A stretch of 64,000 nucleotides of DNA from an uncultured bacterium (GCA_963780225.1 CAWAAX010000003.1:24193-88192), one strand, 5' to 3'. Counted from the stretch's first letter, positions 19,358 to 27,197 are shown. The notes: generated by a model from the sequence alone, not told the origin. A program made the numbers and translations.

Positions 19358-19434
19358 ATCCGCAGATTACGCAGATATAAAATAAAGGGGTAAATCATAT
19401 AGTTGAATCTGCAAAATCTGTGAAATCTGCGGAT
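19358..19434. repeat. Intergenic inverted repeat built from GCAGAT/ATCTGC words
   Basis: ATCCGCAGATT (19358-19368) is the exact reverse complement of AATCTGCGGAT (19424-19434); the interior holds three tandem AATCTG words. Confidence 0.7.
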
Positions 19435-19464
19435 CCGTAAGTTTCATCAGAAAATAAATGGAGA

Positions 19465-20364
19465 ATGAAGATCATGAAAAAAATATTTTATTCAACCGTG
19501 CTACTGCTTTTCGCCACCCAGCTCTGGGCTTTGACCCCGGGCGACAAGTCAGCGGTATTTCTGACCCTGCCCCAGGGAGCCCGGCCCACTGCCATGGGCG
19601 AGGCCTACACCGCCATCTCCGGGGATATCTACGGGAGTTTCTGGAACCCGGCCGGGGTGGCCGATCTGGGGCCGATGGCCTTCACCGCCAGCATGGCGCC
19701 CACTTATCTGGACATGTATTACGGCTACCTGGCCGGGGGAATGAGCTTCGGCCAGAACGCGGTGGCCCTGTCCATCACCCATTTCAATTACGGCGACATG
19801 GTGGGCCTGGACCAGTATGCCCGCAATGAGATCACCTTCAATGGCTCGGATCTGGGAATCGCCGCTACCTATGCCCGGCGCTTCGCCCGGCAGAAGCTGC
19901 ATCTGGGCGCTTCGCTCAAGATCGCCAGCCAGTCCATAGAGGAAGAATCGGCCACCTCGGTAATGATGGATCTGGGCGCCATCAAAAAATTTAACCGGCT
20001 GACTCTGGGAGCGGCGGTGAGAAATTTGGGGCCGGGCCCCAAATTCGTGGACGAGTCGGCCGGCCTGCCCATCACCTTCAGTTTGGGATGCAGCTATTAC
20101 TTTTACAATATGCCCCTGCTGCCGGTGTTCTCGTTGGACATGCCTTTGGACGACGTGCCCTCGGCCGGACTGGGACTGGAATACAGCCTGCCCAAATATC
20201 TGGCCTTAAGGGCCGGGCTTAAGACCGACCGCGACCAGGGCTTCGTCTCCATGCTAAGGTTCGGGCTGGGGATCAATGTCAGCGGCATCTCGGTGGATTA
20301 TGCCATGATCCCGGGGGACGAGATCGGGTCGACCCATATGATCACTCTGGGATATAGAAAATAA
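19465..20364 (+). CDS. PorV/PorQ-family outer-membrane beta-barrel protein
   Basis: Signal peptide plus LPQGARPTAMGEAYTAISGDIYGSFWNPAG, typical of the PorV/PorQ family; about 300 aa. Confidence 0.7.
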   Translation: MKIMKKIFYSTVLLLFATQLWALTPGDKSAVFLTLPQGARPTAMGEAYTAISGDIYGSFWNPAGVADLGPMAFTASMAPTYLDMYYGYLAGGMSFGQNAVALSITHFNYGDMVGLDQYARNEITFNGSDLGIAATYARRFARQKLHLGASLKIASQSIEEESATSVMMDLGAIKKFNRLTLGAAVRNLGPGPKFVDESAGLPITFSLGCSYYFYNMPLLPVFSLDMPLDDVPSAGLGLEYSLPKYLALRAGLKTDRDQGFVSMLRFGLGINVSGISVDYAMIPGDEIGSTHMITLGYRK

Positions 20365-20688
20365 AAAATCAAAAGGCAAAAATCAAATTAGTTGTGTAAT
20401 TACATTGTGAACGCGTTTAGTTGTTTATAGGACCCTCCTTTTCATTAACAGCCGCCTCCGGAATCCTCCTCCGTTTGCTTTCTGGCTTCGTTCAGAATGC
20501 GGCGGACAAGGCACCGGGGCGGCTTTGTTTTTTTTATACTCATCATGGGGTTATTTTGCTTGATTTTGTCCTTCTTTGGTAGTATGCTTAGAGTATATTT
20601 AAAAGCAAGTTTTTCATCTTTGATCTTACTATGTTTTGGGTCGAAAAGAGGCTTAAATATATAGACATATATATGGACAAAATATGTA

Positions 20689-20717
20689 TTGACATCAATA
20701 TAACAATATGATAATAT
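20689..20717 (+). promoter_or_regulatory. Sigma70-like promoter for fic (TTGACA-17-TAATAT)
   Basis: TTGACA at 20689-20694, a 17-nt spacer, TAATAT at 20712-20717. Confidence 0.55.
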
Positions 20718-20729
20718 TATGTTTACAGC

Positions 20730-20771
20730 GGACATATTAAAGGACATGTATGAGGACATATAATTCGACAC
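20730..20771 (+). promoter_or_regulatory. Four 12-nt-phased GGACAT-type iterons overlapping the fic start codon
   Basis: GGACAT at 20730, 20742 and 20754, and CGACAC at 20766, with an exact 12-nt period; related AGACAT / GGACAA / TGACAT words lie at 20663, 20675 and 20690. Confidence 0.6.
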
Positions 20772-21943
20772 ATCCTTGGATAAAATTCAACATAGACCTC
20801 CGCCCAACCCCGCCGCAATTATGGATGTCGCTAGGCGAGGCCTCATCAAAGTGCGAACATATTGCCGGTGTGCCATTGCGCCCCCAAACAGCCAGGGAAA
20901 TGCATCTGATCTACCTGGCCAAGGGCGTGGCCGCCACTACTGCCATAGAAGGCAATTCCCTGTCGGAAGAGCAGGTCCTTCAGCATATGGATGGCACGCT
21001 TAAGCTGCCGCCGTCAAAGGAATATCTGGCCCAGGAAGTGGAAAATATAATTACGGCCTGCAATCAGATAGGCGAAGGTTTGCACAACGGTGGTGTTGAG
21101 CTTACTCCGGAACGAATAAAAGAATTCAACCGGCAGGTGCTGAATAAACTTACGCTGGAGAAGGATGTTGTGCTGGGGGAGATCCGGACGCACTCGGTGG
21201 TGGTGGGTAATGTTTACCGGGGGGCGCCGGCCGAGGATTGCGGGCATCTGCTGGAACGTTTATGTCAGTGGTTAAACAGCGATGACTTTAAACCTGTAGC
21301 AGGCATGGAGACGGTCTATGCCATCATCAAGGCCGTAGTGGCTCATGTTTACCTGGCCTGGATACATCCTTTCGGCGACGGCAACGGACGCACCGCCCGC
21401 CTGGTGGAATTTCAGATACTATTGTCCGCCGGAGTGCCCACCCCGGCGGCCCATCTGCTGAGCAATCACTATAACCAGACCCGCACCGAATACTACCGCC
21501 AGCTTGATTCGGCCAGCAAGACCGGCGGCGAGATAATTCCTTTCTTGTCGTATGCTGCGCAGGGGTTTGTTGACGGTCTGAGGGAACAGCTGGAACGCAT
21601 CCGAAATCAGCAATGGGATGTTACCTGGGAAAATTACGTCCATGACATGTTTCACAGCAGGATCAGCCGTTCCGATATCCGGCAGAGAAACCTGGTCCTG
21701 GATATTTCCCATTCCCAAAAGCCAGTGCCGCCCCCAAAGATCGCCGAACTTTCGCCCCGGCTGGCCAGGGACTACGCCGGCAAAACATATAAAACGATCC
21801 AACGCGATCTGAATGCCATGGAAAAAATGAACCTGATAGAACGGACAGCAGACGGGGTTAGGGCCAAGAAAGAAACCATACTGGCTTTCCTGCCTTGGAA
21901 GAACATCAGTAATGATCATCCAGCCAGCTCGGAAAACTTGTAG
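20750..21943 (+). CDS. Fic-family protein (class II, auto-inhibited AMPylase type)
   Basis: Active-site motif HPFGDGNGRTAR; N-terminal inhibitory motif TTAIEG, which fits (S/T)xxxE(G/N); C-terminal wHTH-like tail. Confidence 0.9.
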   Translation: MRTYNSTHPWIKFNIDLRPTPPQLWMSLGEASSKCEHIAGVPLRPQTAREMHLIYLAKGVAATTAIEGNSLSEEQVLQHMDGTLKLPPSKEYLAQEVENIITACNQIGEGLHNGGVELTPERIKEFNRQVLNKLTLEKDVVLGEIRTHSVVVGNVYRGAPAEDCGHLLERLCQWLNSDDFKPVAGMETVYAIIKAVVAHVYLAWIHPFGDGNGRTARLVEFQILLSAGVPTPAAHLLSNHYNQTRTEYYRQLDSASKTGGEIIPFLSYAAQGFVDGLREQLERIRNQQWDVTWENYVHDMFHSRISRSDIRQRNLVLDISHSQKPVPPPKIAELSPRLARDYAGKTYKTIQRDLNAMEKMNLIERTADGVRAKKETILAFLPWKNISNDHPASSENL

Positions 21944-21949
21944 ACAATA

Positions 21950-22168
21950 GGCACCAACCCCGGTTGTCGCGTTAAAACGATCAGTGAGCATCGCAGTTGA
22001 CGGCGGTTAAAAGCTTGTCTGCATGTTTGAGGGCTTGGCCAAAGCCCGAGTTCAGACAAGCCCGCCGGCGACGAGAAGCGCAGCGCCCGGAGAGTTTTAA
22101 GCGACGAGCTTTTTTCTTTTTGGTTCTTTTTCTTAGTTGGCGGTACAAAAAAGAAAAAGAACACAATT
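21950..22168 (-). repeat. Dispersed structured repeat, copy 2 (inverted orientation)
   Basis: The reverse complement is near-identical by eye to 45334-45556. Confidence 0.8.
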
Positions 22169-22273
22169 GCGTCTATAGTTACGTTTTCACCAAAATCGCT
22201 ATATTCTTTATACTTTTTCCGAGCAAGATAGATAGACATTACACCAGTAATCTTTAGCTAAAAAGGAGCAGCC

Positions 22274-23293
22274 ATGGAACGCATCGTCCAATTGCTGAAG
22301 GACCTGGAGGCCATCCATTCGCCCTCCGGCTATACCGACGAAGTCACAGTCACATCGCCGAGCTATGCCAGAAGAACGGGATAAAGACCAGGCTCACCAA
22401 CAAGGGCGGCACTTTTGTGCGGGAACCACAATGCCCCCAAGCTGGTGGTATCGGGCCATGTGGATACCCTGGGCCTGATGGTCAGCGGCATCAACAGCGA
22501 CGGCAGCCTGGCCTTCACCAAGATCGGCTCGCCGGTGCTGGCCTCGTTCGAGGGCGAGTACGTCACCATCATCACCTCCGAGGACAAGAAGTTCCGGGGC
22601 ACCCTGCTGTTGAACAACCCGGCGGCCCACGTTAATAAGGAGGCGGACAAGGCAGAGCGCAAAGCCGACAGCATGCACATCCGGCTGGACGCCGAGACCA
22701 GCAAGAAAGAGGAGACCGAGAAGCTGGGGATCCGCACCGGGGATTTCATCTGCTTTGACCCCCGCTTTGAGTACACCGATTCCGGGTTCATCAAGTGCCG
22801 GTTCCTGGACGACAAGGCCGGCTCGGCCGCCATGCTGGATGCCCTGCTGGCGCTGGGTTCCAAGGAGCTGGAAAAACTGCCGGTGACCTTCTTCTTCTCC
22901 AATTACGAGGAGGTGGGCCACGGGGCCTCGGCCGGGGTGCCCCCAAGCGCAACCGAGATGCTGGTGGTGGACATGGGAGTGGTGGGCGAGAAGGTGGACG
23001 GGGTGGAGACGGCGGTCTCCATCTGCGTCAAGGATTCCAACGGGCCATACGACTATGCCATCAGGCAGAAGCTCTCCCGGCTGGCCACGGCCCACGGCAT
23101 TGCCCACCGGCTGGACGTGTTTCCCCTGTACGGCTCGGACGGGAGCGCGGCCCTGGCGGCCGGGCACGATATAAGGGTGGGGCTGATAGGCCCCGGGGTG
23201 AGCGCCAGCCACGGGATGGAGCGGACCCATTTGAAGGGGTTGAACGCGGCCCGGGACCTGCTGATGGCGTATATCAATGATACGTTGAAATAG
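22274..23293 (+). pseudogene. M42-family peptidase with two compensating frameshifts
   Basis: The N-terminus MERIVQLLKDLEAIHSPSGYTDEV reads in the frame of 22274 and stops at 22382-22384. HIAELCQKNGIKTRLTNKGGTFV reads in the adjacent frame. NHNAPKLVVSGHVDTLGLMV onward is back in the first frame and runs to 23293. Confidence 0.8.
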
Positions 23294-23312
23294 AACAGCG
23301 CAAACTGAAATG

Positions 23313-23340
23313 AAAAAGCCGGGCATTGCCCGGCTTTTTA
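23313..23340 (+). terminator. Intrinsic terminator after the M42 peptidase gene
   Basis: AGCCGGG-CATTG-CCCGGCT hairpin flanked by AAAAA and TTTTT. Confidence 0.6.
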
Positions 23341-23342
23341 TC

Positions 23343-23371
23343 TTGATTTTGTCAGGCTTACGGTGTAGAAT
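23343..23371 (+). promoter_or_regulatory. Sigma70-like promoter of the tcmP-gp37 cassette (TTGATT-17-TAGAAT)
   Basis: TTGATT at 23343-23348, a 17-nt spacer, TAGAAT at 23366-23371; the AAGGAG RBS and an ATG at 23397 follow. Confidence 0.55.
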
Positions 23372-23396
23372 AAACTCGATATTAAGGAGATATATT

Positions 23397-24230
23397 ATGG
23401 CTAAAAGTATACATGATGAAGTTGGGTACTGGTCTGAAATAAAGCTGGACATTATTAAAGACTATGCTCAAGAATACACAAAAATATTAAGCAAGCAAAA
23501 ATTGAGCTACATCTATATTGATGCATTCGCTGGTTCCGGTATTCATGTATCTAAAAAAACGGGCGAATATATTCTTGGTAGCCCAATGAATGCACTCCTC
23601 GTCACCCCACCTTTTAATGAATATTATTTAATTGACCTCGATCAAGATAAAACTGATAATTTGAAAGAATTAGCCCAAGGCAGGAAAGATGTATTTATTC
23701 ACGAAGGCGATTGTAATAAAATTCTTAAAGGCAGCGTATTCCCTAAGGCAAAATGGGAAAATTATCGCAGGGCATTGTGTATTCTTGACCCCTACGGACT
23801 TCATTTGAATTGGGATATAATATATACTGCAGGGCAGATGAAAAGTATTGAAATATTCCTTAATTTCCCGGTAGCAGATATGAATCGCAATGTCCTGTGG
23901 GGTGATCCCACTAAAGTAGAAAGCAGCCAATTAGAGAGAATGAATGCTTATTGGGGTGATGATAGCTGGCGCAAAGTTGCATATTCCACAGAAGGAAATT
24001 TTTTAGGTTACGAAGAGAAGCAAGGAAATGAAGCAATTGCCAAAGCTTTCCAAAAACGGCTAAAAACCATCGCTGGTTTCAAGTACGTACCAAACCCCAT
24101 TCCAATGCGTAATAAAAACAATGCAATTGTATACTATCTATTTTTTGCATCTCAAAATCCAACGGCTTCAAAAATAGTTAATCATATCTTTACAAAATAT
24201 AAAGATAGAAAAGGCAGCAATGGCACTTAG
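23397..24230 (+). CDS. tcmP: Three-Cys-motif partner protein TcmP
   Basis: The N-terminus GYWSEIKLDIIKDYAQEYTKIL and the IDAFAGSG block match my recollection of the TcmP family. It lies directly upstream of, and overlaps, a Gp37/Gp68 gene. I moved the start to the ATG with a strong RBS rather than the track start at 23310. Confidence 0.7.
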   Translation: MAKSIHDEVGYWSEIKLDIIKDYAQEYTKILSKQKLSYIYIDAFAGSGIHVSKKTGEYILGSPMNALLVTPPFNEYYLIDLDQDKTDNLKELAQGRKDVFIHEGDCNKILKGSVFPKAKWENYRRALCILDPYGLHLNWDIIYTAGQMKSIEIFLNFPVADMNRNVLWGDPTKVESSQLERMNAYWGDDSWRKVAYSTEGNFLGYEEKQGNEAIAKAFQKRLKTIAGFKYVPNPIPMRNKNNAIVYYLFFASQNPTASKIVNHIFTKYKDRKGSNGT

Positions 24231-24948
24231 TAAAATCGAATGGACCGAATCAACCTGGAACCCTGTGACCGGGTGCACCAAGGTCAGCCCAGGGTGTCTG
24301 AACTGCTACGCCGAAAGAATGACCAGGCGCTTGCAGGCCATGGGCCAGCCCAATTATAAGCACGGGTTTAACGTGGCGGTTCACAGCCGTTCCCTGCAGC
24401 AGCCATTGGTATTAAAAAAGCCGCAGATGATATTCGTGAATTCCATGAGCGACCTTTTCCACGATAAGGTGCCGTCGGAGTTCATTCTCCGGGTTTTCGA
24501 AGTAATGGACAAGGCATTTTGGCACACCTACCAGATACTAACCAAACGGGCGGACCGTCTTATTGAAATGGATGCTTTCATGGACTGGCCGGACAATGTA
24601 TGGATGGGGGTCAGCGTAGAAACAAGCGAATATAAAAACCGCATAGAGATGCTAAAACGGTGTGGCGCCAAAGTAAAGTTTTTATCATGTGAGCCTTTGC
24701 TTGGTAGTCTTGGCAAGCTGGATCTCAACGGAATAGATTGGGTTATTGCCGGGGGGGAATCCGGACCAGGGGCCAGGCCGGTTGACCCAGAATGGGTGGA
24801 AGAGATACGGGATCAATGCCTTAAAGCGGAAGTGCCATTTTTCTTTAAGCAATGGGGCGGGTTCAACAAGAAAAAGGCGGGCCGTTTGCTGGATGGGAAG
24901 GTATGGGACCAAATGCCAAAGCAGTATCAGTCCGTGAATTATGCTTAA
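24220..24948 (+). CDS. Phage Gp37/Gp68-family protein (DUF5131)
   Basis: IEWTESTWNPVTGCTKVSPGCLNCYAERM, FVNSMSDLFH, QILTKR, FLSCEPLLG, WVIAGGESGPGARP and FFFKQWGG are hallmark blocks; it overlaps tcmP by 11 nt. Confidence 0.85.
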   Translation: MALSKIEWTESTWNPVTGCTKVSPGCLNCYAERMTRRLQAMGQPNYKHGFNVAVHSRSLQQPLVLKKPQMIFVNSMSDLFHDKVPSEFILRVFEVMDKAFWHTYQILTKRADRLIEMDAFMDWPDNVWMGVSVETSEYKNRIEMLKRCGAKVKFLSCEPLLGSLGKLDLNGIDWVIAGGESGPGARPVDPEWVEEIRDQCLKAEVPFFFKQWGGFNKKKAGRLLDGKVWDQMPKQYQSVNYA

Positions 24949-25002
24949 ATCAATCTAACTTTTAACCGCTTTCAAAACATTGACCTAAAATTAAAAAGCC
25001 GG

Positions 25003-25160
25003 GCATCGCCCACCGGCTGGAGGAATTTTCCCTGTACGGCAAGGGTGAAGCTGATCGGGCTGGGGTCTCAGCCAGCCACGGGATGGAGCGGACCCATTTG
25101 AAGGGGCTGAACGCGAGCAGGGACCTGCTGATGGCCTATGTGAAAGAGACGTTGAACTAA
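25003..25160 (+). pseudogene. Relic duplicate of the M42 peptidase 3' end
   Basis: The segment translates in frame as HRLEEFSLYG...GVSASHGMERTHLKGLNASRDLLMAYVKETLN*. This parallels 23107-23293 (HRLDVFPLYG...GVSASHGMERTHLKGLNAARDLLMAYINDTLK*) with an internal deletion. Confidence 0.75.
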
Positions 25161-25294
25161 CCACACTTTCCGCCGATTAACGTCAGGCTATACTGCCGGC
25201 GGGCATTTACAACAGGCTACCGGACATCAGACTTTACTGATTTTGGACAATCTTTTAACTTTAGAGGAATAAAACAACTCAGGGAGGTTGGTAC

Positions 25295-27103
25295 ATGAAA
25301 AACGTTATAATCCTAGCCGGTCTAATTCTTTGTCTGGCCCAGCCGGGTCCCGCCCAAAACGCAGCTAATCAGGATTCGCTGGCGCTGGAGAAAACATTCG
25401 ATCAGTTCTTCCGTGACTACATTGCCCTTAGGCCCGAGATAGGTTCCTATCTGGGCCTCTCCCGGCAGATGGGCTATGCTTTTGACCGGTCCCGGCTGGA
25501 TGACATTTCCCCGGATGGCGACAGAGCTTACCTCAACCTGCTGAAGGGGTATATAAAAAAACTTGGCCAGGCATACAAAGGCCGGATTACTGCGCAGCAG
25601 AAAATAGATGTTGAAAATTTAAAATGGCAGCTTACGGTGGAAGTCCGGCTGTATGAAAATATCGACAACAGATACGTGGTAAATCACCTTAACGGCGTGC
25701 AGAACGCGACCATCAATACCCTTAAAGACTACCACCCGATAAACGAGCTTCGGGATGCCGAAGACTATCTGGCCCGGATGGAAAGGATCCCGGCCAAAAT
25801 TGATCAGGCAATGTCGAACCTGACCCGGCAGGAAAAGAAAGGTATCTCTGCCCCGGCCTTCATCGCCGAACGGGTGATAGCGGGGATCGATGAATTCACA
25901 GGTCCTGCCCCCAATCAAAATCTGTTATATAACGATTTCAGGGACAAGATATCAACGGTAAAAAGTATTGACCCGGCAACGGCGGCCGACCTGTGCCGGA
26001 AAGCGGAACAACTGATCGGCGACAGCATCTACCCGGCCTACCGAAAGTTCAGAACCAGGGTGGAAGAATCAAGACAAAAAGCCGATAACCGGGCTGGCGT
26101 GTGGAAACTGCCCAAGGGAAGTACTTATTACAACCATTGCCTGACATACGAAACGTCGGTGAAACTGTCCCCGGAACAGGTTCACCAACTGGGGCTGAAC
26201 GAGGTCAAGGTCCTGCAGCAAAGGTGCCTGGTCCTGCTAGATTCCCTGGGGATCAGGGGGGATAAAAGTTTCGGCAAGCTGATGGAAGAATACTGGGATT
26301 TTCTGGGCAAGCCGGAGATAAAAGAAAAGATCAGCTATCCCCAGGACAGCTCCAGCCGGGCGGTGGTGCTCAAGGATTACCAGGCTCTGATCGACAACGC
26401 CTTTTTGTTGCTGCCCCAGGCATTTTCCTACATTCCCAAAACGAAAGTGATGGCGTTACCAGTGCCACCACATAAGGAAAAAGGCGGATTGACAACATAC
26501 AGCCCCGCCCCGTTGGATGGCACGAGAAAGGCATCGTTCGATGTGAATCTTTCCTGGTTGCCGGACAAACCGGATATGGCTCCATTGACTTTTCACGAAA
26601 CCGTTCCGGGCCACCATTACCAGATTGCGCTGCAACAGGAGCTATGCCAGAACCGGATGTACCGTAACATCTTCTGGATATCCGGTTTCGGTGAAGGATG
26701 GGCCATGTATGCCCAGGATTTGGCCTGCGAGCTGGGCTGGCTGCCGGACATTCATTCCCGGATAGCAGAAATAAATTCCCAGCTGTTCCGGGCGGTGCGG
26801 ATAGTTTTAGATACAGGGATCCATCTGAAGAAATGGGACAAACAGCAAGCCCTGACCTATATGAAGGAGAACCTGGGCTGGGCCTCCAAGAATGAGGTCG
26901 ACCGCTATGTGGTCTGGCCGGGCCAGGCCTGCTCGTATACCTTGGGTAAGATAAAGATCAAGGAATTGCGGGAAAGGACCAGGGCAAAGCTGGGGAATGA
27001 ATTTGACCTGAAGGAATTTCACAGGATAGTGCTGGAGAACGGCAGCCTGCCGTTGGATGTTCTGGAGAAAAAGGTTGATGCCTATATCAAGGCCAGCATT
27101 TAG
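25295..27103 (+). CDS. DUF885-family protein (secreted, metallopeptidase-like)
   Basis: Signal peptide; FHETVPGHHYQ motif and the EGWAMY block typical of DUF885. Confidence 0.85.
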   Translation: MKNVIILAGLILCLAQPGPAQNAANQDSLALEKTFDQFFRDYIALRPEIGSYLGLSRQMGYAFDRSRLDDISPDGDRAYLNLLKGYIKKLGQAYKGRITAQQKIDVENLKWQLTVEVRLYENIDNRYVVNHLNGVQNATINTLKDYHPINELRDAEDYLARMERIPAKIDQAMSNLTRQEKKGISAPAFIAERVIAGIDEFTGPAPNQNLLYNDFRDKISTVKSIDPATAADLCRKAEQLIGDSIYPAYRKFRTRVEESRQKADNRAGVWKLPKGSTYYNHCLTYETSVKLSPEQVHQLGLNEVKVLQQRCLVLLDSLGIRGDKSFGKLMEEYWDFLGKPEIKEKISYPQDSSSRAVVLKDYQALIDNAFLLLPQAFSYIPKTKVMALPVPPHKEKGGLTTYSPAPLDGTRKASFDVNLSWLPDKPDMAPLTFHETVPGHHYQIALQQELCQNRMYRNIFWISGFGEGWAMYAQDLACELGWLPDIHSRIAEINSQLFRAVRIVLDTGIHLKKWDKQQALTYMKENLGWASKNEVDRYVVWPGQACSYTLGKIKIKELRERTRAKLGNEFDLKEFHRIVLENGSLPLDVLEKKVDAYIKASI

Positions 27104-27197
27104 CGGATGATCCAGCGAGGATGAAACATCCCGGCATTGGTTTTTCCGGGAATTAACTTTCTTTTAGAGGGTTCTTTGGATTCGGATCTGGTTTTAG

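Larger units (their letters stand above)
23294..25011 (+). mobile_element. AT-rich integrated cassette carrying tcmP and gp37/gp68, bounded by 19-bp direct repeats
   Basis: AAAAAGCCGGGCATTGCCC (23313-23331) and AAAAAGCCGGGCATCGCCC (24993-25011). There is a GC drop relative to the flanks, and a displaced duplicate of the peptidase 3' end follows immediately. No integrase gene is present. Confidence 0.5.

Noticed and set aside
20445-20771. 108-aa minus-strand ORF upstream of fic
   Set aside because: Most of it is translated AT-rich promoter and iteron DNA. Only the last 33 codons (20445-20546) look even marginally gene-like, and they lack a convincing RBS.
22394-23452. 352-aa minus-strand ORF
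   Set aside because: It is antisense to the M42 peptidase gene and runs across that gene's terminator. It has no motifs and a typical GC-rich antisense composition.
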